This document shows, piece after piece, positions 26,020 to 35,197 of a DNA stretch of 64,000 bases (position 1 is its first letter; each line of letters opens with the position of its first letter). Origin of the DNA: Candidatus Omnitrophota bacterium (GTDB taxonomy: Bacteria; Omnitrophota; Gorgyraeia; Zapsychrales; Zapsychraceae); contig JADFXT010000007.1 of NCBI GenBank assembly GCA_015233405.1, positions 390-64,389 of the forward strand, given 5' to 3'. Below the pieces are notes generated by a model. That model searched no databases. It had not been told where the DNA came from and saw only the letters and a list, made by a program, of their open reading frames with translations. Position numbers and translations under genes: made by a program.

Positions 26020-26605
26020 CGCAGGGTTCACATTGGTGGAATTGCTCATTGCCTCGACGATACTAGTCATCGTCCTGGTCGTGATCTATTCCGGTTTTCG
26101 GACCGGTGTTTTTGGTTCTCGGGACATTGCTCATACGGTGGACCTTCATCAAGCGGCCATGGAGGCGCTGGAGCGTATTAATATCGACCTGAGGAATTCC
26201 TTCATTTATACGAAAAAGAACACAAAATTTTTTGGCGATAAAGAACACATGAGTTTTTTAAGTTTGACGGACAAGTTTAGTGAGGACGGCAATAGTCCGG
26301 AATATTGTTTTATCTCTTACGAGTTAGACAACGGAAAACTGATAAGAGCTGTACGTAAAAATAAAGCCAGCCTGGATGAGACGGCGGATGCCGAGCGTGA
26401 TGAGTTGGCTGATGGCGTCGAGGATCTAACATTTTCATACGGCATTAGTTCTTCTGACGCGAAAGAAATTTTATGGAAAGAGTCGCTCGAAGGCAGCAGC
26501 GCTGTTCCTTTCTTGATCCAAGTTCGCCTGGCATTAAGAAATGGAAAGGCGCAATCGGTTTTTGAACGTAACGTTGCGCTTCCGTTATCGGGGATATCTC
26601 TGTGA
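26006..26605 (+). CDS. Minor pseudopilin, GspJ-like
   Basis: The ATG at 26006 gives MQKDNAGFTLVELLIASTILVIVLVV. Size is about 200 aa. Confidence 0.6.
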   Translation: MQKDNAGFTLVELLIASTILVIVLVVIYSGFRTGVFGSRDIAHTVDLHQAAMEALERINIDLRNSFIYTKKNTKFFGDKEHMSFLSLTDKFSEDGNSPEYCFISYELDNGKLIRAVRKNKASLDETADAERDELADGVEDLTFSYGISSSDAKEILWKESLEGSSAVPFLIQVRLALRNGKAQSVFERNVALPLSGISL

Positions 26606-27564
26606 ACAATAAAGGACAAGTGTTGATGATCAGTTTATGGGTTCTTATTATTTTAGCGCTTTTGGCCGTGAATTTAGGCCATGAGGTTTCCTTAGATTTA
26701 CGGGTTGGCCGATATCATGTCGATAAATTAAAGGCCTATGCCTTGGCCAAGGCCGGCTTAAACAGCGCCGTGGTTGAATTGGATAATGACAAAAATGATT
26801 ATGACGCTTTAACGGAACGCTGGAGTACCGGTATGGAGGCTGGTAAACCCATTTTCCAAAAGAAAGAAATTCGAAGTGGTTCGGGAGAGGATTTTACCGT
26901 CGGAGAATTATCGTCGGACGGGACTTATGAATGCATTATTGATGAAGAGCGAAAGATCAATATTAATACCGCTTCTCTGGGATTGCTTTCCGCATTTTTG
27001 GAAGATGCCGGGGTGGCCAACGCTAGATCCGTTGCTAACAGCATCCGTGCTTTTCGGGGAGCGACGGACATTTCTTTCTCAGAGCAATCCAGCCATCCTC
27101 AAGGCGGACAAGGGTTTAAAGGCCAGGATTTTGTTAACGCCGAGGAGCTCATTCTCGTTGATGGCATGACGGAAGAAGCCGTTAAGAATTTAAGCTTAAA
27201 GGCCACAGTGTTCGGCGATGGGCTTATTAATATCAATACCGTTTCCGCAGAGACTTTGAAGATTTTCTTAAGAGGGATCGCGCGTGATATTTCTGTAGCT
27301 GACAATTTTGCAGACCAATTGACAGACAAGGTCGTCAAAGATCGTAATACCGTCGGCGCTTATAAAAGTGTTCGCGATATTAATGTCATGGTTAGCACAG
27401 AAGAAGAAACAAATATTTTTAACCGTTTTGTGAACAGAATTGTTTTTAAGTCGAACAATTTTTTAATCAACGTTACCGGTGAGGCCGGTGTAACCAAAAC
27501 CAGATTGGCTGCTATTTATGAGAAAAAGAATAAGAAAATTGTTTTCTGGCATGAAGAAGGATAA
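26602..27564 (+). CDS. Minor pseudopilin GspK-like
   Basis: N-terminal hydrophobic helix without the conserved Glu5 (GQVLMISLWVLIILALLAV). Size (320 aa) and position after the J-like gene fit GspK. The C-terminal half has helix-hairpin-helix-like segments. Confidence 0.55.
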   Translation: MNNKGQVLMISLWVLIILALLAVNLGHEVSLDLRVGRYHVDKLKAYALAKAGLNSAVVELDNDKNDYDALTERWSTGMEAGKPIFQKKEIRSGSGEDFTVGELSSDGTYECIIDEERKININTASLGLLSAFLEDAGVANARSVANSIRAFRGATDISFSEQSSHPQGGQGFKGQDFVNAEELILVDGMTEEAVKNLSLKATVFGDGLININTVSAETLKIFLRGIARDISVADNFADQLTDKVVKDRNTVGAYKSVRDINVMVSTEEETNIFNRFVNRIVFKSNNFLINVTGEAGVTKTRLAAIYEKKNKKIVFWHEEG

Positions 27565-28993
27565 AACCCCAAAACCGGTCTTTGTCCTTTCTATTACCGA
27601 GAATTCCATCACGGCCGCGAAAATTAATACGGAAAAAGCCTTAAGAAAGTCCGTTACGTTAGTAAAAGAAGAACTCGCCTCTGATGCGGATGAAAACGCT
27701 ATCGCTCAAAAGCTCAACGCGCTTTTGGCAAGATTGGAGTATCAGCAAGAGCCGGTGATTCTTTCCTTATCCAGAAATCAGGCGACGTGTCGGTATGTCA
27801 ACATCCCGTCAGATTTTGACACTGAGATTGAGCATATGGTCGTTCTTCAGGCGTGGCAACATTTGCCTTATCCGCCGGAAGATTTGATCACGGGTCATCA
27901 AAGGATACAGACGAATCAAGAAGGGTATACACAAACCAATGTGATCATTCTTCATAAAGCGGTGGTGGAACGGTTTATCCGGATTTTTCATGAAGCGGGA
28001 ATCCAGGATTTCATTGTCGCGTTAAGTTCTTACGGCGTCAGTTGGTTGTATGGATTTCTTGTGCCACAGAATGGAAAAACGATTTTGTGCGCGGACATTA
28101 ATTCCCATCAGGCGGAATTGGTCGTCATCAGCGATAAGAAAATGGTTTTTAGCCGGTCTTTTAAATTTATGAAGGAGCAAACAGGTTGGCAGGACCTTTT
28201 TGCTGAAGAAATTAAAAAAACGTTAGAAGCTTATGCCAAAGAAGTTAGTCTTAACCAACCTGAAAAAATACTTCTTTTAGGGCAGGGGCCAGCCCAAGAA
28301 GCGTTGTCGTATTCTTTGAAAGAAAATTTTGTTTTACCCGTCGAGATCCTGCCGTATTCGGATAAGATGGATGTCATTTCTTTGGATGGGAATTTTTCCA
28401 TGGGCATTTCTTTTGGCGGGATCGTTGGGTTAGGCTTACAAGAAATTCCGTTGTCGCTCAATTTACTTCCGGCAGAACTTAAAGCCGCGACAAAACGGTT
28501 TGCGTTCCGTAAGGAGCTTGTTCACGCCGGGATATTGATGGCGGCCGCGTTGTTAATGTGGGGTTTGGGAACAGTTAAAGATCTGGAAAATAAGGAGCGG
28601 TATCTTCAACTGTTAAAGGCGAAACAGAAAACCGTTACCGACGAGGCGCAGCCGCTCGAGTATGCCGACCGTCGGTTTAAGATCCTTGAAAATCTTTCTC
28701 AAAAAGAATTTTCCGGGTTAGATATGCTCTCAGAACTTTATCAAATCACTCCCCCGCAGATTTCCCTTTTAAGCCTAGGATATGAAGCGGGACCGCGGAT
28801 CATTCTCAAAGGCCAGGCCCCAACGCTCGACAATGTTTTTGATTTTGCTTCTTTGCTCAAAAACTCGTCGGGGTTTAAGGATCTACAGATCGAGGTCAAG
28901 TATGCCACACAAAGAAAACTTCAAACATCACAAGCTGCAGATTTTGAAATCGTCTGCGCATCGAGGACTTTCCATGCTCAAACAGCTCAATAA
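27518..28993 (+). CDS. GspL-like assembly protein (PilM-type actin-like cytoplasmic domain, one TM helix, PilN-like periplasmic domain)
   Basis: The domain order was inferred from sequence: a ~320-aa soluble N-terminal region, a TM helix HAGILMAAALLMWGLGTV, then a ~130-aa C-terminal domain. Its position in the operon supports the call. Confidence 0.55.
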   Translation: MRKRIRKLFSGMKKDKTPKPVFVLSITENSITAAKINTEKALRKSVTLVKEELASDADENAIAQKLNALLARLEYQQEPVILSLSRNQATCRYVNIPSDFDTEIEHMVVLQAWQHLPYPPEDLITGHQRIQTNQEGYTQTNVIILHKAVVERFIRIFHEAGIQDFIVALSSYGVSWLYGFLVPQNGKTILCADINSHQAELVVISDKKMVFSRSFKFMKEQTGWQDLFAEEIKKTLEAYAKEVSLNQPEKILLLGQGPAQEALSYSLKENFVLPVEILPYSDKMDVISLDGNFSMGISFGGIVGLGLQEIPLSLNLLPAELKAATKRFAFRKELVHAGILMAAALLMWGLGTVKDLENKERYLQLLKAKQKTVTDEAQPLEYADRRFKILENLSQKEFSGLDMLSELYQITPPQISLLSLGYEAGPRIILKGQAPTLDNVFDFASLLKNSSGFKDLQIEVKYATQRKLQTSQAADFEIVCASRTFHAQTAQ

Positions 28994-29504
28994 AAGGGAA
29001 AAGCTACTTTTTTATATCACCATGACATCGGTCATCTTGACCGTGGCAGCCCATATTTTTATTTTGCCGTGGCTCCAGAAACGAGATGCCTTGACCCGGC
29101 AGATCGCGTTTATAAAAACAAAATTGAATAAATCATTGGCCCTTTTACAGCAAAAGGATTCTTTTGCGGATGTCCTGGAGCAATCCCGTGCGTGGGCTGA
29201 GGAGCTGGAAAAGTCGAAAGACCCGGCGGTCGCGGTCTTGCTGGAACTGGAATCATTAGCGAAGAAGTCGGGTATCACAATTACAGATATTAGGCCGAGA
29301 AGCTCGTCAGGGATTTCTTCTCATAAAGAGTTGGTTATTGATGTCAGAACACAGGGTGCCATTAAGTCGTATATTCAGTTTATGTTTGATGTGAAGCATT
29401 CGATGTCGTTACTCAACATAAAGAAATTTCAATTAAACGTGAAAACAAATGGGGATGTTTTGGATGGGGCCTTTTCTATCCAATCCTTAGAGACCGACAA
29501 ATGA
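28974..29504 (+). CDS. GspM/PilO-like bitopic protein
   Basis: The ATG at 28974 gives a short cytoplasmic N-terminus, a TM helix LLFYITMTSVILTVAAHIFIL, a coiled coil and a ferredoxin-like C-terminal part. The track's longer N-terminal extension overlaps the preceding gene out of frame. Confidence 0.45.
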   Translation: MLKQLNKREKLLFYITMTSVILTVAAHIFILPWLQKRDALTRQIAFIKTKLNKSLALLQQKDSFADVLEQSRAWAEELEKSKDPAVAVLLELESLAKKSGITITDIRPRSSSGISSHKELVIDVRTQGAIKSYIQFMFDVKHSMSLLNIKKFQLNVKTNGDVLDGAFSIQSLETDK

Positions 29505-30034
29505 ACCGGCGATTTCCTCCTAAAGAAAAATTATTGTGGTTGGTTATTCAGCAAAAGGGCATTGTGTTTTTTTCTCATTTTTCCGTAAAAAAGTTGGCGG
29601 TAGGAGCGGTGATCGTTTCTTTCTTGTATTGTGCGATAGTTTTCGGATATTCATCAGCTTGTTTAAAAGAAATCAAGATTTTGCCGCCGATGGCAAAATT
29701 GACATTGCACAATAATAAAAGGATTCTTAAAAAAGAAAAACCGCTGGAGGCCTATCTCACCAACGTCGAGAATAGAAATATTTTTTCTTTCTCGGATTTA
29801 AACAGCGTTCAGGAGAAAGCCGTTAGAGTAAATGGTATGGATTCCATGAAAGATATCATGCTTGTTGCTATTCTCCTCGGAGAAAATCCTCAGGCGGCCA
29901 TTCAAAATAAAAATACGCAAAAAATTTTTTATGTGACCAGAGGGCAATTTGTCGGGGAGCTACAGGTCGACGATATTCAGGAAGGGAAGGTCTTTCTGAA
30001 TTATAACGGAACGCGATATGAATTTGATTTATGA
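29501..30034 (+). CDS. GspC/PilP-like bitopic protein (candidate secretin-interacting component)
   Basis: One TM helix (VGAVIVSFLYCAIVFGY) and a small C-terminal beta domain (VTRGQFVGELQVDDIQEGKVFLNYNGTRYEFDL). It sits immediately upstream of the secretin. Confidence 0.35.
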   Translation: MNRRFPPKEKLLWLVIQQKGIVFFSHFSVKKLAVGAVIVSFLYCAIVFGYSSACLKEIKILPPMAKLTLHNNKRILKKEKPLEAYLTNVENRNIFSFSDLNSVQEKAVRVNGMDSMKDIMLVAILLGENPQAAIQNKNTQKIFYVTRGQFVGELQVDDIQEGKVFLNYNGTRYEFDL

Positions 30035-30050
30035 CGCCCAAGGAGACGTT

Positions 30051-31613
30051 ATGAGAAAAAGAATTATTTTTTTATTAATGATGTTTGCATTTGTTTTAAC
30101 CGGGGCGGCATTGGCTCAACCGGCGCCCGTAACGCCGGCGTTGGGAACTTCCTCTATGGCTAGCCCCGGAGGAAAAAATACCATCAGCCTTGAAATTCGT
30201 GGCCTTGATGTCATCGAGGTCTTTAAAATGTTGTCGGCGCGCACGGGAATGAATATTATTGTGGGCGCCAATGTGGCCGGACGGGTGACGCTTTTTTTTA
30301 AAGACGTGGATCCCCTCGAGGCATTCGAGATTGTGGTCCTTGCCAATGACCTGGCCTATGTGAAAAAAGGAAACGTCATTACCGTTATGACACAGCGTGA
30401 TTATCAAGAGGCCTACGGAGAAAGATTTCAGGACCAGGAAAAGGTAAAAATCATTCCGCTTAAATATGCAAAAGCGGTTGACCTTGCACGGGCCCTGCTT
30501 CAGCTGAAGACTAATGTGGGCAAAATCATCGTCGAGGAAGTATCTAATACCGTTATCCTTAAGGATAATCCGGACCAGGTTAAAGAGATGGAGGATTTTA
30601 TCGTCAAGGCTGACCGTCCGCTGGAAACAAAGGTCATTATTCTAAATTATGCTCAGGCAAGCAAAATAGAAACAGAGCTTCAAGATGTCCTAACGAAAGG
30701 GGCCGGTTTTGTCAAAATCGATGAGCGGACTAACAAGATCATGGTGACGGATTATCCAGAAAAGCTAGAGGAGATTAGCCGGCTTGTCGCGGCGTTTGAT
30801 GAAAGAACTCAGCAGGTCTTGATTGACGCCCAGATCATCGAGCTCAACCCGTCGAATAAGTTGGAAATGGGCGTTGACTGGGATTTTTTTATCAAGAAAC
30901 ATCTGCATGCATCCACGTTTTTGCCTATTGGCGATGCGAGCCGGATGTTTTTGGGGACTGCCAACGTTTCTCCGCAGCAGCCGGGAGAGTTTAAATCAAT
31001 TTTGGACGTCTTACGGACCGTTGGTGATGCAAAGATCTTATCGAGCCCGCGGATCATGACATTAAATAATCAGGAGGCCAAGATTCTGGTCGGAACAAAG
31101 GACGCGTATATCACATCCACGACGACCGTGACTCAGCAGAATCCCATTACGACCCAGTCGGTTAATTTTGTGGACGTCGGGATTAAATTATATGTCACGC
31201 CGACCATTAATGCAGATAAATTTGTGACCATGAAGATCCGGCCGGAGATCAGCTCTTCGACTCGAACGGATATCACCTCCGAGGGGCAGATCACACAGAT
31301 TCCTATCGTGACAACGTCCGAGGCTGAGACCACGGTCATGGTCAAGGCCGGGACCACGATTCTTATTGGCGGATTACAAAAAGACGAACATAATAAAACT
31401 GTTAAGAAAATTCCTCTCCTCGGAGATGTTCCGGTCTTAGGGATGGCGTTTCGAAGCACTTCCGATGAGATCAAAAAATCCGAGCTGGTGATCCTCTTAA
31501 CGCCGCATATTATGTCTGGAGAAAGTTCGTTTACGGACGCCTCTGAGCTTAAGCCCGTCGACGGCGCGTTTGCGACCATGGAAAACGGTGATATTATTTT
31601 TCACAAAAGATAA
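30051..31613 (+). CDS. gspD: Secretin (GspD/PilQ family)
   Basis: The ATG at 30051 lies behind AAGGAGA and gives the signal peptide MRKRIIFLLMMFAFVLTGAALAQP. It has N-domain repeats and the secretin C-domain signature IPLLGDVPVLGMAFRSTSDEIKKSELVILLTPHIM. Confidence 0.9.
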   Translation: MRKRIIFLLMMFAFVLTGAALAQPAPVTPALGTSSMASPGGKNTISLEIRGLDVIEVFKMLSARTGMNIIVGANVAGRVTLFFKDVDPLEAFEIVVLANDLAYVKKGNVITVMTQRDYQEAYGERFQDQEKVKIIPLKYAKAVDLARALLQLKTNVGKIIVEEVSNTVILKDNPDQVKEMEDFIVKADRPLETKVIILNYAQASKIETELQDVLTKGAGFVKIDERTNKIMVTDYPEKLEEISRLVAAFDERTQQVLIDAQIIELNPSNKLEMGVDWDFFIKKHLHASTFLPIGDASRMFLGTANVSPQQPGEFKSILDVLRTVGDAKILSSPRIMTLNNQEAKILVGTKDAYITSTTTVTQQNPITTQSVNFVDVGIKLYVTPTINADKFVTMKIRPEISSSTRTDITSEGQITQIPIVTTSEAETTVMVKAGTTILIGGLQKDEHNKTVKKIPLLGDVPVLGMAFRSTSDEIKKSELVILLTPHIMSGESSFTDASELKPVDGAFATMENGDIIFHKR

Positions 31614-31778
31614 TTTTTTAGGTAAATCGATGTCTTAAATTTCTTGTCTGTTCATATCGGTGAAAGAAGTCGAGGTCGTTGTTTGCATTATTTTCCTTAA
31701 ACCTCTTGGTCTTATCGAACCCCGTTTCTTTTTGACATTTCTTTATTCATCAAAAACTCTCTATGTTATAATCCCGTT

Positions 31779-32108
31779 ATGACTTGGCGGGTTTATATTC
31801 TTGAAACACAAAATGGACAGCTTTATACCGGCATCACCAACAACTTAAAGCGGCGCATGAAAGAGCATGAAAGCGGACGAGGCGCACGCTTTACGCGGGT
31901 CTTTGGTTTTAAAGAACTTCTTTATACCGAGAAACATCCCACCCGGTCAGACGCCCTTAAACGGGAATCTCAAATCAAAAGCTGGAGCCGGCCTCAAAAG
32001 GATAAGTTGGTCTTAGGGAAGCGGAAACGAAAAAAATCTGTTAAAGTGCTCGGCCTTTCAAAGAAAACATCCGAAGGAGAATGTTTGAAATATGCGTATC
32101 GCCAATAA
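31779..32108 (+). CDS. GIY-YIG nuclease superfamily protein (small URI-domain protein)
   Basis: WRVYILETQNGQLYTGITNNLKRRMKEHESGRGARFT is the GIY-YIG core. An extended -10 (TGTTATAAT, 31764-31772) ends 6 nt before the ATG. Confidence 0.8.
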   Translation: MTWRVYILETQNGQLYTGITNNLKRRMKEHESGRGARFTRVFGFKELLYTEKHPTRSDALKRESQIKSWSRPQKDKLVLGKRKRKKSVKVLGLSKKTSEGECLKYAYRQ

Positions 32109-33729
32109 ATTATCCTTGCTGATTGCTTTTTTCTGGGCGGTCCTCGCCATCAATACGTTTGTGGCGATGCGGGAGATCCATGCCATCGCGCGAGAGCTGA
32201 AAGAAGTGGCGCATAATGATATTCAGCTCAACGAGATCGTAACGTCCATTACGCAGAATCAGCTCGAGAAAACGATTCTAGTCGAAAGGATCTTAAGCAT
32301 TTCAGAGGAAATGGGATTTGAAAATGTTCCGCCGGCTCGACGGGAACATTTGGTGCATTACACGCAGCTTATCAGAGATGGCGTCGATGATTTTACCAAA
32401 AAAGGGGCGCTGGAAATTTTGCGCGGGAAAGAGATCATCGCCCAGAACATGCTTAAAGCTAAACAGCCGGAGATCAAGGTCAAATGGCAGCAGGCCAAAG
32501 GCCGCTTGGAAAAAATCGAACAGGCACATATTTTATATGACTCTCAGGTGATGGAAATTTCACAACAGATTATCGACGGAAAATATGAATTATCCCTTGA
32601 GGATATGCGTCGAATTCAAAACGGTCATAAACGGCTTTCCGAACAGCTCAAGGCCTTCTTGGCAGAAGTTCAGGGATTCGTCCGCGACTCCATGAGTCGT
32701 GCCGCGCTTTATGAAAATATCGCCCAAAGGATTTTAGGCATCGCGTTATTTGTCAGTATTTTCTTTGGGATCCTGCTCGCGCTGTCCATCATTTATCGCA
32801 TCTCCGTTCCCTTGGGGAATCTCACCCAGGCGGCAAATCAAATCGCGCGGGGAAATTATAAAATTTCTTTAAAAGATACGGCCCATGATGAGACCGGCGA
32901 GGTGACGAGGGCTTTTCAGCTGATGAGCCAAAGGATTTTGGAAGCCACCTCCGAGCTCGAGAAGAAAAACAGTGCGCTTTCCACAAGCCTTGATATCACC
33001 GAGCGCCAGAAGCGTGATCTTGAGAAGGTGAATAAGGAATTGGACCGGTTTGCGCATACGGTCAGCCATGATATCCGGGCTCCGCTAACCGGCATCGTCG
33101 GCTATGTTCGTTATCTGGAAGACCATGGTTTGGAGGTTTTAGATGAGAAAGGCCGACGCAGTATTCAGGGGATCAAGCGCGGTGCCAATCGATTGTCGTC
33201 GATGATTCGTGATTTATTGGAGCTCACGCGCATTTCCCGTATTAAAAATCCATATGAAGAAGCGTCTGTAGAGGAAATTCTCAAAGATGTATTGGAGCGT
33301 CTGGAATTTAAGATCAAAGAAAGTCGGGTCGAGATTATTTGTCCTGTAAATTTGCCGCGGATTCTTTGCGATCGGATTAAGATCGGCGAGGTTTTCCTAA
33401 ATTTGATCAGCAATGCTGTTAAATTTTCCGCAAAAGCGCCAGGCGGAAAACCGCTCGTCGAGATCAGTTATATCGAACAAAAAGATGCGCACGAATTTTG
33501 CGTGAAGGATAACGGAATCGGCATCGCACCAGATTATCACGACGCCATTTTTGAAATCTTTCGGCGTGTGGAAACGTCGCAGGATTACGAAGGGACCGGA
33601 GTAGGTTTAAGTATCGTTAAAAGCGTTATCGACGACCACGGCGGAAAAATTTGGGTTGAGTCAAGCCCGGGCCAAGGGGCAGCGTTTCATTTTATCATCC
33701 CTAAAATAATGCGCGCACCAACTGCGTGA
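32092..33729 (+). CDS. Sensor histidine kinase (helical periplasmic sensor, HAMP, HisKA, HATPase_c)
   Basis: Two TM helices flank a ~190-aa helical region. HAMP is PLGNLTQAANQIARGNY...DETGEVTRAF, the H-box is FAHTVSHDIRAPL, and the G-boxes are GTGVGLSIVKSVIDDHGGKIWVESSPGQGAAFHF. No response regulator is adjacent. Confidence 0.85.
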   Translation: MRIANKLSLLIAFFWAVLAINTFVAMREIHAIARELKEVAHNDIQLNEIVTSITQNQLEKTILVERILSISEEMGFENVPPARREHLVHYTQLIRDGVDDFTKKGALEILRGKEIIAQNMLKAKQPEIKVKWQQAKGRLEKIEQAHILYDSQVMEISQQIIDGKYELSLEDMRRIQNGHKRLSEQLKAFLAEVQGFVRDSMSRAALYENIAQRILGIALFVSIFFGILLALSIIYRISVPLGNLTQAANQIARGNYKISLKDTAHDETGEVTRAFQLMSQRILEATSELEKKNSALSTSLDITERQKRDLEKVNKELDRFAHTVSHDIRAPLTGIVGYVRYLEDHGLEVLDEKGRRSIQGIKRGANRLSSMIRDLLELTRISRIKNPYEEASVEEILKDVLERLEFKIKESRVEIICPVNLPRILCDRIKIGEVFLNLISNAVKFSAKAPGGKPLVEISYIEQKDAHEFCVKDNGIGIAPDYHDAIFEIFRRVETSQDYEGTGVGLSIVKSVIDDHGGKIWVESSPGQGAAFHFIIPKIMRAPTA

Positions 33730-33742
33730 TCAGGAAAGAACT

Positions 33743-34126
33743 ATGGAAAAGAAGATTATTAAGTCATCTAAGGCCCCGTTGCCGGTTGGGCCGTATAATC
33801 AAGGCGTTATCGTCGGGAATTTGATTTATCTCGCCGGACAGATTCCGATAGACGCAAAGACCAATGAATTTGTTCCGGGAGGAATTAGTGAACAAGCCGA
33901 ACAGGTGATCGCTAATATCAAAGGCGTCTTGGAAGAAGCTGGCTCGTCGCTTGAGAAAATTGTTAAAACAACGGTTTTCTTAAAAAACATGAATGATTTT
34001 CCGGCCATGAACGCCGTCTATGGAAAATATTTTAAGCCCCAAACCGCTCCGGCGCGCTCCACCGTTGAAGTGGCGCGTCTGCCTAAAGATGCGCTGGTCG
34101 AAATTGAGGTTGTTGCGACAATATAG
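33743..34126 (+). CDS. ridA: RidA/YjgF family reactive enamine/imine deaminase
   Basis: 127 aa. The motifs APLPVGPYNQGV, GQIPID and PARSTVEVARLPKDALVEIE are typical of RidA. Confidence 0.9.
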   Translation: MEKKIIKSSKAPLPVGPYNQGVIVGNLIYLAGQIPIDAKTNEFVPGGISEQAEQVIANIKGVLEEAGSSLEKIVKTTVFLKNMNDFPAMNAVYGKYFKPQTAPARSTVEVARLPKDALVEIEVVATI

Positions 34127-34148
34127 ATTTTTTTAAGGAGAGGTCAAC

Positions 34149-34535
34149 ATGGTGAAAGCATCAAAGAATAAATCTATCAAAGCAAAAGAATCCAAATCGC
34201 CTTTTTCCGTTCATGTGACGGCGGATTTTCATAGCTCGCGCCCGATTGTTTCCGTCGAGGAACTTAAAAAGCTTCTTTTTCAAGCCGCAAAGGCTGCCAA
34301 TAATACGCCGTTAAAATGCTGCATCCAGAAATTTCCTGTTCGAGGGATGACCGGCGTGCTTGTTTTGGCGGAATCCCACATTGCGATTCACACATGGCCG
34401 GAACATCAATATATCGCGATTGATCTTTTTACGTGTGGGAAAGATACACAGCCTATCCGTGCGATGGAATATTTAAAAAAGATTTTAAAACCGAAGAAGG
34501 CTGTCATCCGCCATATCCGTCGGGGCGGGGTATGA
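34149..34535 (+). CDS. speH: S-adenosylmethionine decarboxylase proenzyme, small prokaryotic (SpeH) type
   Basis: Contains the self-processing site motif VLAESHIAIHTWPE. Size (128 aa) fits class 1 AdoMetDC. Confidence 0.85.
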   Translation: MVKASKNKSIKAKESKSPFSVHVTADFHSSRPIVSVEELKKLLFQAAKAANNTPLKCCIQKFPVRGMTGVLVLAESHIAIHTWPEHQYIAIDLFTCGKDTQPIRAMEYLKKILKPKKAVIRHIRRGGV

Positions 34536-34543
34536 GTTTCTCG

Positions 34544-34942
34544 CTAATTCGCTGCAATAAATTTTAACCAAACTTCCCTGTTTCGCGGTCCGTCAAATTC
34601 CATGAAGAAAATTCCCTGCCAGGTCCCTAGCGGTATTTGATTATTCTCTACAATAAAACTTTGAGAAAATCCAACAAGGCTTCCTTTAATATGGGCGTCG
34701 GCATTGCCTTCACTGTGGGTAAATCCAGAATTTTGAGGGATCATCTTTTTGAGGAACGACTGGATATCTCGTTTGACGTCGGGGTCGGCATTTTCATTGA
34801 CGGTGATCCCGGCCGTTGTATGGGGCGAGTAGACAATAAGCATGCCTGATTTTAAGCCTTCTTTCTGAAGATAGCGATTGAGAAGAGGCGTTATATCGAC
34901 GATTTCTTCCCGAGCGGATGTTGTAATGGATAATTTCTGCAT
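34544..34942 (-). CDS. yjbQ: YjbQ/UPF0047 family protein (secondary thiamine-phosphate synthase enzyme)
   Basis: The motifs SPHTTAGITVNENADPDVKRD and HSEGNADAHIKGSLVG are family hallmarks. The start was moved to the internal ATG (MQKLSITTS...), which gives the typical ~132-aa length. Confidence 0.85.
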   Translation of the reverse strand: MQKLSITTSAREEIVDITPLLNRYLQKEGLKSGMLIVYSPHTTAGITVNENADPDVKRDIQSFLKKMIPQNSGFTHSEGNADAHIKGSLVGFSQSFIVENNQIPLGTWQGIFFMEFDGPRNREVWLKFIAAN

Positions 34943-35023
34943 GAAATTATTATACACAGTGGATAAAAAAGAGGTATAATTTTTCATCAAAACGGCTATT
35001 AGGATTCCAAAAGGAGGTCAGTT

Positions 35024-35188
35024 ATGAAAATAGGGAAACATTCCGTCAAGATGTTCCAAATCAAGAATCGAAAAGGGTTCGCGGCTATTTGTTGTGATTG
35101 CCTGACCGAAGGGAAGACCAAAGAAGAGGCTTATGCCAGAATGGTAAAGGCCATTAAGCGCGTGGAAAGAAAAGCTAAGAAGAAATAA
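35024..35188 (+). CDS. Small basic hypothetical protein (54 aa, not in the ORF track)
   Basis: AAAGGAGG lies 6 nt upstream of the ATG and the frame is open for 54 codons (MKIGKHSVKMFQIKNRKGFAAICCDCLTEGKTKEEAYARMVKAIKRVERKAKKK). No family was recognised. Confidence 0.35.
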   Translation: MKIGKHSVKMFQIKNRKGFAAICCDCLTEGKTKEEAYARMVKAIKRVERKAKKK

Positions 35189-35197
35189 CAAGAACCA

